Below are positions 1 through 8,350 of a stretch of DNA of 64,000 bases, piece by piece. Location: NCBI GenBank assembly GCA_021786315.1, contig JAJYNN010000002.1, positions 334,997 to 398,996 on the forward strand. Reading direction: 5' to 3'. Position numbers and translations under genes: made by a program. Position 1 is the first letter of the stretch; every line of letters starts with the position of its first letter. The notes below the pieces were generated by a model. That model had not been told where the DNA came from and searched no databases. It saw only the letters and a program-made list of their open reading frames with translations. The DNA is from a bacterium. GTDB taxonomy: Bacteria; Patescibacteriota; Microgenomatia; Daviesbacterales; UBA10151.

Positions 1-11
1 AACTACAGGCG

Positions 12-512
12 ATGAAAGTAGCTGTTTACGCAGGAAGCTTTGATCCGCCGACAAATGGGCATATGTATATTATCGAGCGGGCGAGTGCTTTAGTCGATAA
101 TTTGATCGTAGCTATTGGCGATAATGTCGGCAAAAAGGGAAAGAATAGGTTTGAGGTTCCGGAAAGATTGGCAATGCTTCGGGAGATTACGTCTAACATG
201 CCCAATGTAGATATTACCAGCTATCCCCTTGAGTACTTAATTAACTTCGTTGAATCGGTAGATGCTCGATATATTGTTCGAGGTTTGCGAAGTGAAGATG
301 ACTTTAAAGTTGAGGCAGCTCTGGATGAATTCAATATGGGGAAGAACGGCGAAGTTACTACTTTCTTCATCCGGACACCTGACAGTATGAACCGAATCAG
401 CTCCAGCTCGGTTATGGGATTAATTGGTTATGACGGATGGGAAAACGATGTTAGATGCAGAGTTCCTGAAGCAGCTTACAACCATATAGTTGCCGCGTAT
501 AAACCCGGTTAA
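12..512 (+). CDS. coaD: phosphopantetheine adenylyltransferase
   Basis: N-terminal 'AVYAGSFDPPTNGHMYIIERA' (T/HxGH nucleotidyltransferase motif); ~160 aa; typical PPAT layout. Confidence 0.9.
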   Translation: MKVAVYAGSFDPPTNGHMYIIERASALVDNLIVAIGDNVGKKGKNRFEVPERLAMLREITSNMPNVDITSYPLEYLINFVESVDARYIVRGLRSEDDFKVEAALDEFNMGKNGEVTTFFIRTPDSMNRISSSSVMGLIGYDGWENDVRCRVPEAAYNHIVAAYKPG

Positions 513-530
513 ACCGTTATGGAAAGAATA

Positions 531-791
531 TTATTGTTTTGAAGGTTTGCCCTGGACCCTTCTTTTGCTTTTGATATCCGATTTGTTGCTTGCGACATCC
601 CCGGAACTTATTCCCGGTGTATACCCCGAATGTTCGCTGTAGCTTAAGTCGCCAGGTTCCTTGGGTGTTTCCATCCCTTTATCCTCGGTATCATCAAACA
701 TCACGTGTCCGGTTTCTTTAATGTGCCTATCCAGCTCATCCTCATCTTGAGCCTCAAAACCACAAACCGGGCATTTCCATTCTTCAGCCAT
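531..791 (-). CDS. small zinc-ribbon / C2H2-like protein
   Basis: 'CPVCGFEAQDEDELDRHIKETGH' Cys2-His2-like pair; rest low complexity. Confidence 0.35.
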   Translation of the reverse strand: MAEEWKCPVCGFEAQDEDELDRHIKETGHVMFDDTEDKGMETPKEPGDLSYSEHSGYTPGISSGDVASNKSDIKSKRRVQGKPSKQ

Positions 792-875
792 ATTTTTCTC
801 ACCTCTTTTTAGACCTTAATATTTTTGGATAAAAAGGGGATAAAGTTTTGGTAAGTAAAATGTATAATATAATTA

Positions 876-1061
876 ATGGAAATTTCCGGAAATGACCCGA
901 ATAGGGTACAACCTGTACCAATAGTTCCAAAGATTGGGGGAGAACTTCCGAAAAAACAGCCGGATACGGAAAATCAGCAATCCGGAGGAGAAAATAACAA
1001 TCCTGACGTTACTGTTCCCAAAGACCCCAATATAGGCGGTAATGTTGATATCAGTGTTTAA
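876..1061 (+). CDS. hypothetical low-complexity protein (Pro/Asn/Gly-rich)
   Basis: ORF only; TATAAT-like upstream; could be spurious. Confidence 0.2.
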   Translation: MEISGNDPNRVQPVPIVPKIGGELPKKQPDTENQQSGGENNNPDVTVPKDPNIGGNVDISV

Positions 1062-1130
1062 GCTTTTAGGTATGTCTTTAGGATTTAATACACGCGCCTG
1101 ACTTTTATCTTACCCAAGATCTCTATACTG

Positions 1131-1547
1131 GTGTCTTACAGGAATATCCGAGAAATTATGCCAGGTAACGATTCCCAAAACCAAGCCCCGCCGGCCCATT
1201 ATTACGGGGATATAGTCAGGATATGTTTTGTCACCGGGGCCCTTTTGATGCTTGTTACCCTGCCCTTTTTTGTGTCCCGTCTCCAATTGCCCTTATTCGG
1301 TTCGATTGTCTTTATTATTGTCCTTATTTTGTTTGCCGGGGCAACCACCCCCAAACAGCTATGGACGGTACTTTTGGATTGGATTATTTCTCTGACCGCG
1401 GTAATCATTTTTGAATATTACGCGGTGGCGACATATATAGGTAATTCCTTGTTTGACTGGTTTGTTTGGGTCAACCAACTTTTGGCAATTATCTTTTTTA
1501 TCGCCCTCTATTTTGCCACCAAAACCCTCCGGGCGTTTCTGATTTGA
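1131..1547 (+). CDS. hypothetical integral membrane protein
   Basis: 3-4 hydrophobic helices; no recognisable motif. Confidence 0.4.
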   Translation: MSYRNIREIMPGNDSQNQAPPAHYYGDIVRICFVTGALLMLVTLPFFVSRLQLPLFGSIVFIIVLILFAGATTPKQLWTVLLDWIISLTAVIIFEYYAVATYIGNSLFDWFVWVNQLLAIIFFIALYFATKTLRAFLI

Positions 1548-1562
1548 GATTTCTAGCAACTA

Positions 1563-2681
1563 TTATTTAAAGAGGTTTTCGGCATTTTGATAGGCATATT
1601 TTTCCTGGATATCTTTTGGCAGCCTACCTGTAAAAGCCCGGGCAAATTCCTCAAACAGCCGGGAAGTTTTCTCGCTGTAATGCCAGCCGACAAAGCGGTC
1701 GGTTCCCCAGCTAAAGCGGGTGGGGTATTTTTCCATCAGCGGTTTCCATAACCTTATTTCATCATTGAGGTTTTTATCAAAATCCTGTGTAAACATCTTG
1801 TCAAACTCGTCTTCCGTGGCAGTGACAAACTTCCCCTGGTAGGCATAAAGGGTGGCGGAATCAACGGAAAAGTAAATATTCGGATAAGTCGCCATCAGTT
1901 TATCCAGGCCATCCATACCAACCATGTCGCTGGCGGTCTGGTAGCCGTGAAGCATCATTTTGACATTAGGAAAAGCCTTGGCCGCGTTGGCCGTGTTTTG
2001 CAGTTGGTTATCACCCGGGTGGAACATCACCGGGAGGTGGTATTTGTCGGCTACCTTAAAAATGGCCATCATGTCCGGATCGTCGGGCTTGCCGCCGGTT
2101 GCATACAGGGCGATTTCCCCGATTCCGTCAAAAATGCCCGGATTGACTGCAAGGATAGCGTCAACTGCTGAGGCGCTAAAACCTTGGGGCTCCAAAAAGA
2201 GATGTAACCTATTGCCGGTCTGCTGCTTTAAAACCGGGGCATTGACCATTTTTTTGTGATAAAAAACATCCGGAAGAAAAGGGAAAGTGGAGGAAGTGTA
2301 GAAGGCGACCGCGCTCTCCGTCTGCTCCTCGTCAAAATGGCAGAGTATTTGTTCGACAGTTACATCTTTTTCCATTATCGGCAGGGGAATACCCATCATT
2401 TTTTGTGTCGGTCCAACGGGGGGCAAGGGCAAATGAAAATGGTCATCGAAAAACGGACCCGTGTAATACGGTCCGTCATTAAATTGGGGAGTAAAAGTCC
2501 GGCCGCAGGTTTTGCGGCCTGTCAAGTTTTCCGTATACGTTTTTGGTGTTTGTGAGACCACGGCCACAGCCGCTATCGCCAATATGACAAGAATTATGGG
2601 AATAATTAAAAGGATTTTGATAAAACCACGCTGATTACCGGGCATTAATTTTACTATCCCACAAGTCTTTGAGGGTTGCAA
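1563..2681 (-). CDS. membrane-anchored TIM-barrel metal-dependent hydrolase-like protein (amidohydrolase-2-like)
   Basis: N-terminal TM helix; 'HLPVMFHPGD', 'MLHGYQ', C-terminal 'FSWGTDRF' resembling Amidohydro_2 GxD(W/F)P end motif; weak. Confidence 0.35.
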   Translation of the reverse strand: MQPSKTCGIVKLMPGNQRGFIKILLIIPIILVILAIAAVAVVSQTPKTYTENLTGRKTCGRTFTPQFNDGPYYTGPFFDDHFHLPLPPVGPTQKMMGIPLPIMEKDVTVEQILCHFDEEQTESAVAFYTSSTFPFLPDVFYHKKMVNAPVLKQQTGNRLHLFLEPQGFSASAVDAILAVNPGIFDGIGEIALYATGGKPDDPDMMAIFKVADKYHLPVMFHPGDNQLQNTANAAKAFPNVKMMLHGYQTASDMVGMDGLDKLMATYPNIYFSVDSATLYAYQGKFVTATEDEFDKMFTQDFDKNLNDEIRLWKPLMEKYPTRFSWGTDRFVGWHYSEKTSRLFEEFARAFTGRLPKDIQEKYAYQNAENLFK

Positions 2682-2732
2682 GACTGCGGAAATGAGCTTC
2701 TAAATTAGGCAAGGAATTGCTAATATATTTCT

Positions 2733-3164
2733 ATGACCACCAACTTCAAAGCCAAGTTAGGCAGTACTTTAGGCTCAATACTGTCCGTTCTAAGCGCCGG
2801 TGGCGGCACTACCACTTCTGTCTGCCAGGCGACTTGCGTTGTGGCTCCGGCGGCTACGCCCTTTTTGGGGATATCACTGCTTTTTACCCCCTTAGTCTTT
2901 TTTACCCACTATCGGATATTGATTTGGTTGGCGGCCTTTCTCCTCTTTTTGCTGATGTTGGGGCTGACTTATTTTAAAAAGGTCCGCTCTAAAGCAGATT
3001 ACGGCCTGACTTGGCTAAACAGCGGATTGCTAATAATTAGCTTTCCCTTTTTCCAAAGTTTAAAATTGGAAACCTTTCTACACTGGTTGGGCGGAGCCGC
3101 AGTAGCAGTTGGCGTAGCATTGTTAATCAGCCGCTTTGTACCAGCTTTTTCTCGGCGAGCTTAG
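2733..3164 (+). CDS. hypothetical membrane protein with CxxxC motif
   Basis: 'CQATCVV' followed by hydrophobic helices. Confidence 0.35.
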   Translation: MTTNFKAKLGSTLGSILSVLSAGGGTTTSVCQATCVVAPAATPFLGISLLFTPLVFFTHYRILIWLAAFLLFLLMLGLTYFKKVRSKADYGLTWLNSGLLIISFPFFQSLKLETFLHWLGGAAVAVGVALLISRFVPAFSRRA

Positions 3165-3224
3165 ATGACACCCCTGCTGTATCGTTTGACATTTGTCCCG
3201 TACTGTTAAAATAATTGATATACC

Positions 3225-3881
3225 ATGCTTGTACCCCCATTCCATTACCAGCTGAATAAATTAGTCCGCAGTTACATTGCCTCGGAGGTGTTAATTTGGT
3301 CGGCCTGGAACAGCGCCATGTCCATCATCGCCGTTTTTGCCACCAACAAGATTAAGGGAGGGGATGTGGCCATTGCCGCCACGGCTTTAAGCGTCCATTT
3401 AATGGTCCGGATGGGGGTGGAACTTTTTGCCGGTAAAGTTTTGTCTAATACCAATGAAACCAAAAAATTAGCGGTGGTGATTGCCGGAATATTCCTCATC
3501 AGCATAGCCTTTATCGGGTTTTCCTTTACCAGGTCAACTGCTCCTTTCTTTCTTTTTTACGCCTTGGCAGGGGTGGGGTTGGGAATTGCTGCCCCTTTAA
3601 AGAATTCACTTTTTGCGACCCACTTGGACAAAAACCGGGAAGCAATGGAGTGGGGAATTTATGATGCCTTAACTTTCATGGGCATGGCCGCTTCTTCGGC
3701 TATCGGAGGGGTGATTGCTAAGACTTACGGGTTTCAGATCCTGTTTTTGGTAGCAGCAGTAGTGAATTTAGGGGGAATTTTGCCTTATTACCTCTATGCT
3801 AAAAGGCGGCTGGATAAACTCATCCACAAGGACAAAGACCAGATGATCATCGAGAATTTGAATGAATTGGAAGAGGCTTAA
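3225..3881 (+). CDS. hypothetical polytopic membrane protein (transporter-like)
   Basis: 6 predicted TM helices, Gly-rich helices. Confidence 0.4.
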   Translation: MLVPPFHYQLNKLVRSYIASEVLIWSAWNSAMSIIAVFATNKIKGGDVAIAATALSVHLMVRMGVELFAGKVLSNTNETKKLAVVIAGIFLISIAFIGFSFTRSTAPFFLFYALAGVGLGIAAPLKNSLFATHLDKNREAMEWGIYDALTFMGMAASSAIGGVIAKTYGFQILFLVAAVVNLGGILPYYLYAKRRLDKLIHKDKDQMIIENLNELEEA

Positions 3882-5065
3882 ACCATATCCAGCACCAGGC
3901 CGCCCCAGGTAAAATTCTCCGCTCCCTGACCCTCCCCGGTTAGGGGGTTAAAATGTTCCCGAAATCCGGATTTTTGGATCAAGGTCAGGGAAGATTCCTT
4001 GATCTCCCTGGCAATGTCCTTAAAGCCGTAATTCTGTAAGCCTTTGTAGATAAACCAATTGGTTCCGATCCATATTGGTCCTCTCCAAAAGCCGTCAGGG
4101 TTAAAAGATGGTTCGTCCAGGGAAGTTGTCGGTACCGGGTAGGGGGTCCGGAACTCTTTTTTATTGAGCAGGTGGCTTTCAACTAGGGTTTTGGCTTCCT
4201 GAGGGCTTAAAATATTGGCAAACAGCGGAGCAAAAATAGCCCAGGTCTTAACCTTAATTTTTTGATAATTTTTCCCGTAAGTGGACCAGAATATTCCGTC
4301 TTCAAACATCAGTTTCCTCATGGCCCCCGAAATATTTTCCGCTTTTTCGGCAAAATAGACAGCATCGTGCGGGTGCCCGACTTTTTTGGCCAGCTCAGAG
4401 AGAAGTTTGAGGTTTGTCACCATAATGCAGTTAAAAGGCACGTCTTTGACCCAGAAAAAGTTCCGCATACAAAAAGGGGCATCGAAGTTACAGCTGATGT
4501 TCTGCTTTACCAGCTCAAACCTCCTTTTAGTGTTTTCTTCCAGTGTTTGTTTGGGTGGTAGGCCTAAAGGTTTATCAAAGCGGGGGGAGTTGTCTTCACC
4601 CGACTCATCCGGGTTCATAATGCCGATAAGGTGTTTTTCATGGGGATCACGTTCAGTTAGCAGGTACCTGTAAAAATGGTACAGGCCGGGGTAGACGGAT
4701 TTTACAAACTGTAAATCCTTATCTTTCTGGAAAATTTCCCAGACGGAATAAGCAATCATTGGGGGTTGGGTGAGGGTGCTGGTGCCGTTTTTACCCCATT
4801 TGATCAGGGGAAATTTGGTTTTATTGGGGTGGTTCCAATAAATCATATGGGGGATCATGCCGTTATCAAACTGTTTGGCAATCAGGGAAAAAATTTCCCG
4901 TTTGGCGCTGCTGCTGCTGAAGTGGTTTAGGATAACGGCATGGAAACAGGAATCCCAAAACCACTGGTAAGGATAAGAGACGGGAGAGGGGACGGTGTAC
5001 TGGAATTTTCCTCTGTGTCGGCGGTTTTTTAAAAGTACCTGCTGGCAGGCAATTGGCAAATTCAT
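3878..5065 (-). CDS. six-hairpin (alpha/alpha-toroid) glycoside hydrolase, GH63-like
   Basis: 'YPYQWFWDSCF' and C-terminal 'GFWRGPIWIGTNWFIYKGL' (WRGP[IV]W signature of GH63 / processing alpha-glucosidase-like enzymes). Confidence 0.55.
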   Translation of the reverse strand: MNLPIACQQVLLKNRRHRGKFQYTVPSPVSYPYQWFWDSCFHAVILNHFSSSSAKREIFSLIAKQFDNGMIPHMIYWNHPNKTKFPLIKWGKNGTSTLTQPPMIAYSVWEIFQKDKDLQFVKSVYPGLYHFYRYLLTERDPHEKHLIGIMNPDESGEDNSPRFDKPLGLPPKQTLEENTKRRFELVKQNISCNFDAPFCMRNFFWVKDVPFNCIMVTNLKLLSELAKKVGHPHDAVYFAEKAENISGAMRKLMFEDGIFWSTYGKNYQKIKVKTWAIFAPLFANILSPQEAKTLVESHLLNKKEFRTPYPVPTTSLDEPSFNPDGFWRGPIWIGTNWFIYKGLQNYGFKDIAREIKESSLTLIQKSGFREHFNPLTGEGQGAENFTWGGLVLDMV

Positions 5066-5178
5066 CTAACTTTATTATACATATTGACAAACAAGGCGCT
5101 TAATATACTATGAGAATAGTTAGCCAAAACGACTGGCTTTTAAGCACATTGTTTCTGCCCGAAGCAGCATAAAGCAAT

Positions 5179-6735
5179 GTGCTTGTTGTTTGGAAAAATA
5201 TCTTTATGGATATAACGGGAGGCAATTTAGGATTTAACGGTCACCATCAGGCAACAAAGGCTTTTACTTGTGATGAAGTTTTTTTAAAACATATCGATCC
5301 CCAAACCGGAGAGGTTGAAGTATCAAGTCCGGTAATAAAATTAAATGATTATTTATCCATTACGCCACCGGAGGATAGGCTCCGCTTATTAGGACTGGCA
5401 AATTCCCTAAAAGGAAGGAAGATCTCTTTTGTTAACGCCACCGCCGCGGGCGGGGGTGTTGCCATTATGCGCACCGCGCAAAGATTTTTACTGAAAGAAT
5501 TGGGGGTTGATGTCCGTTGGTTTGTTACTGAACCCAATGAGGAAGCTTTTAAGATTACTAAAGGTTGTTTCCATAACGTTTTTCAGGGAGTGGCGGATAA
5601 TTGGCTGACCGATGCGGATATGGAAATTTACCGGCAATGGACCGGCCATAATGCCCAAAGAATGGAAGCCGAGCTGGCAAAATCGGATATAGTGGTAATT
5701 GACGATCCGCAACCTTCAGGTTTGATTCCGCATATCAAAAAAATAAACCCGAACGTGAAGATTATTTTCCGCAACCATATTCATAGTTTGGGTAATCTAA
5801 TGGGCAAAAAAGGCACTGTCCAAAACCATTCCTGGCAATTTCTCTGGAAAAATGGAATCTCCCGGGCTGATTTATACGTTTATCACCCGGTGGAAGACTT
5901 TATACCGGCCAATGTGGCACCGGAAAAAACCGTGCTTATGCCTCCTTCGACAGATCCTTTAGACGGATTAAACAGGAATTTAACGGATGAAGAGATTCGC
6001 CGGGGGTTGGAATTTATCAACGAAAAGCTGGAGTTAAACGGCCATCAAAACCCTATTGACCTAGGCCGCCGTTACATTACCCAGATTGCCCGATTTGACC
6101 CCTCTAAAGGAATTCCTGACGTCCTGGAAGCTTACAGTTTATTTTATAAGAAAATGACGGAAAACGGTTTTACTAAAGCATCTATCCCCCAGTTGGTTAT
6201 AGCCGGCAACGGTTCAGTTGATGACCCGGACGGGATACCTGTTTTGGAAGACACGATGAAAAAACGGGAACATAGATATAAGGATATTGCTGATGATATT
6301 AAAGTGGTAAGAATTCCCCATAACGACCAGGCGCTTAATGCTTTACTTAGGGCAAGCTTCATTGTTTTACAGTTGTCTACCCGGGAAGGATTTGAATTTA
6401 AGGTGACCGAGGCAATCATGAAAGGCAAACCGGTTATCGCGTCAGAGGTGGGAGGCATTCCTCTTCAGATTATTCCTGGCGAGTCCGGTTATGTGGTCAA
6501 ACCGGGAGATACCCGGCAAGTGGCGGAACACCTGTTTTCTCTGGTCACTCAACCGGAAATGTATCGCCGTCTAAGTACAGGTGCTTTAAGACTTGCCTCC
6601 GCCAAAAATTACGAGTTTACAACTGTTCCCAATCTTATCAACTGGCTATGGCTGTTTAGGGAGCTTCTGGAAAATCCGGACTTTAAAGGCAACAGACAAA
6701 ATGTAAAGGACTTGGTTGACGGCGGCCGTTTATAA
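5179..6735 (+). CDS. GT4 glycosyltransferase, trehalose glycosyltransferring synthase (TreT)-like
   Basis: 'VNATAAGGGVA', 'RWFV', 'DDPQPSGLI', 'ARFDPSKGIPDVLEAY', 'REGFEFKVTEAIMKGKPVIASEVGGIPLQIIPGESGYVV' match the TreT/GT4 pattern from memory; true start may be an internal Met. Confidence 0.6.
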   Translation: MLVVWKNIFMDITGGNLGFNGHHQATKAFTCDEVFLKHIDPQTGEVEVSSPVIKLNDYLSITPPEDRLRLLGLANSLKGRKISFVNATAAGGGVAIMRTAQRFLLKELGVDVRWFVTEPNEEAFKITKGCFHNVFQGVADNWLTDADMEIYRQWTGHNAQRMEAELAKSDIVVIDDPQPSGLIPHIKKINPNVKIIFRNHIHSLGNLMGKKGTVQNHSWQFLWKNGISRADLYVYHPVEDFIPANVAPEKTVLMPPSTDPLDGLNRNLTDEEIRRGLEFINEKLELNGHQNPIDLGRRYITQIARFDPSKGIPDVLEAYSLFYKKMTENGFTKASIPQLVIAGNGSVDDPDGIPVLEDTMKKREHRYKDIADDIKVVRIPHNDQALNALLRASFIVLQLSTREGFEFKVTEAIMKGKPVIASEVGGIPLQIIPGESGYVVKPGDTRQVAEHLFSLVTQPEMYRRLSTGALRLASAKNYEFTTVPNLINWLWLFRELLENPDFKGNRQNVKDLVDGGRL

Positions 6736-6756
6736 AACTTTTTTTACATTTATCCT

Positions 6757-6972
6757 TTACTTTTTGGATTTTTTCCCGGATAGGGTAAAGGCATGATATG
6801 CCAGGCACCAGGGAATCAAAACTCCGAAGATACTGACCCACATCGGCACTGTCCATTCATTTATGACTACCGTCCAGCCTTGGAAAAGGCGGATCAGGTG
6901 CACAAGCCCGACAACAGCAAAAATGAGTCCGGTAATTTGCAGGTATGATTTTAGAGATAACATCTTTCTCAC
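6757..6972 (-). CDS. small membrane protein
   Basis: 71 aa, two hydrophobic helices. Confidence 0.3.
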   Translation of the reverse strand: MRKMLSLKSYLQITGLIFAVVGLVHLIRLFQGWTVVINEWTVPMWVSIFGVLIPWCLAYHAFTLSGKKSKK

Positions 6973-7105
6973 CCCCCCAATTTAAATATTCCACAAGTCT
7001 TGAATAGGGTCAAGCCGGATACTACTTATCAGAGAAACTTAAAGGTGGAAAGTGGTGTGTGGTTAGATCTTGTCAACTTTTTAAAAAAGTGCGACAGTAA
7101 AGTTA

Positions 7106-8350
7106 ATGGTTTGGAAGAGGTTTTTAAGCTGGAAGATAATTCTTGTCCCCATTGGAATTTTTGCCGTTATTTTCGCGGTGAAGGCTGCAGGCCATGCTTT
7201 TGATCGCTACCGCTACTCAAAGGAAGTAGGTAATAAAACTATTTTTCAATATGGTGAGCTGCCTGCTTGCGGGGATAAAAAGGAGTTTTTTACGGTCTCA
7301 CCGGTCAAGGATGGTCTTTACAGCAACATTGTGCCTTTAGGAAATTTTGGCGCCACGGGTGGCCATGTTATTCCCACCAAACACATTTACTTTATTGCCA
7401 AGGACCCCGACCACCAGCCTCTGACCGATATTTATGCACCAGGGGATTTGCACATCACCACCATTGAGCAGTGGCATAATTTGACTAAAAATCTTACGGA
7501 ATACTTTGTTTATACTTCTCCTTGTCAGGACATAGAGGTTAATTTTTATCATTTTAATGAACTTAGCCCAAAACTTATGGAAGCTTTTAATAAAAAAACC
7601 AGTTGTGATTGGCAGCGTTCCGAACAAACAGGGAATACTTCTTATCAGCATTGCGGGAAAGTTCTCCATGGGGTGACGGTTGCGGCGGGGGAAGTTTTAG
7701 GCAAGGCTACCCCGGCTAACAAAGGCGGCATTAGACAATTTTTTGATTTTGAAATGTCCGACCACCGGACACAGGCTCTAGCCTTTGCCAACCCCAAGCG
7801 TTTTGAAGGCGGCTTTGATTTTAAACATATTGTTTGTCCCCTGGATTACTTTACTCCTGCTCTCAAGCAGAAGTTCTTTTCCCAAATAGCCGATTATTAT
7901 AACCCGAATCTAAAGAGGACTGCCCGGCCTTTATGTGGCGAATATATGCAGGATGTACCGGGAACAGCCCAGGGAGTCTGGTTTAAAAATAATTCCGATA
8001 CGGCTGATAACGGAGAAAATTCTGCCGTGACTTTGGCCCATCATAATGTTTTAACCCAAAAAGGAATTTTTTCTATCGGCACCCAAGCTATGGGCACAAT
8101 CGAAGCGGGGGAGTACCCGTTTGTTCCACAGCTTTCCGGCCTAATAAACCGTGATTTCAAGGATGTTACCGCTGACGGAAAAACTTATTGCTTTGAGCCT
8201 ACCGGTTTGACCGGCACCTACAACTATCCTTTTCGGATCATTTTACAGATGACCTCACCGACAAAGCTGAAGATTGAGGGCCAAAAGGTTCAGGGTTGCG
8301 GCTCTGGCCCCTGGAACTTTGACAATGGTGCCAGTGAGTTCGAAAGGTGA
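7106..8350 (+). CDS. hypothetical N-terminally anchored extracytoplasmic protein
   Basis: N-terminal TM helix then 390-aa soluble domain with several Cys; no known motif. Confidence 0.45.
   Translation: MVWKRFLSWKIILVPIGIFAVIFAVKAAGHAFDRYRYSKEVGNKTIFQYGELPACGDKKEFFTVSPVKDGLYSNIVPLGNFGATGGHVIPTKHIYFIAKDPDHQPLTDIYAPGDLHITTIEQWHNLTKNLTEYFVYTSPCQDIEVNFYHFNELSPKLMEAFNKKTSCDWQRSEQTGNTSYQHCGKVLHGVTVAAGEVLGKATPANKGGIRQFFDFEMSDHRTQALAFANPKRFEGGFDFKHIVCPLDYFTPALKQKFFSQIADYYNPNLKRTARPLCGEYMQDVPGTAQGVWFKNNSDTADNGENSAVTLAHHNVLTQKGIFSIGTQAMGTIEAGEYPFVPQLSGLINRDFKDVTADGKTYCFEPTGLTGTYNYPFRIILQMTSPTKLKIEGQKVQGCGSGPWNFDNGASEFER

Noticed and set aside
1202-1559. Overlapping small ORFs (1202..1408 -, 1223..1414 +, 1359..1559 -) within or around the membrane-protein gene 1131..1547
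   Set aside because: They are mutually exclusive overlaps and the one coherent hydrophobic protein is the plus-strand 138-aa ORF.
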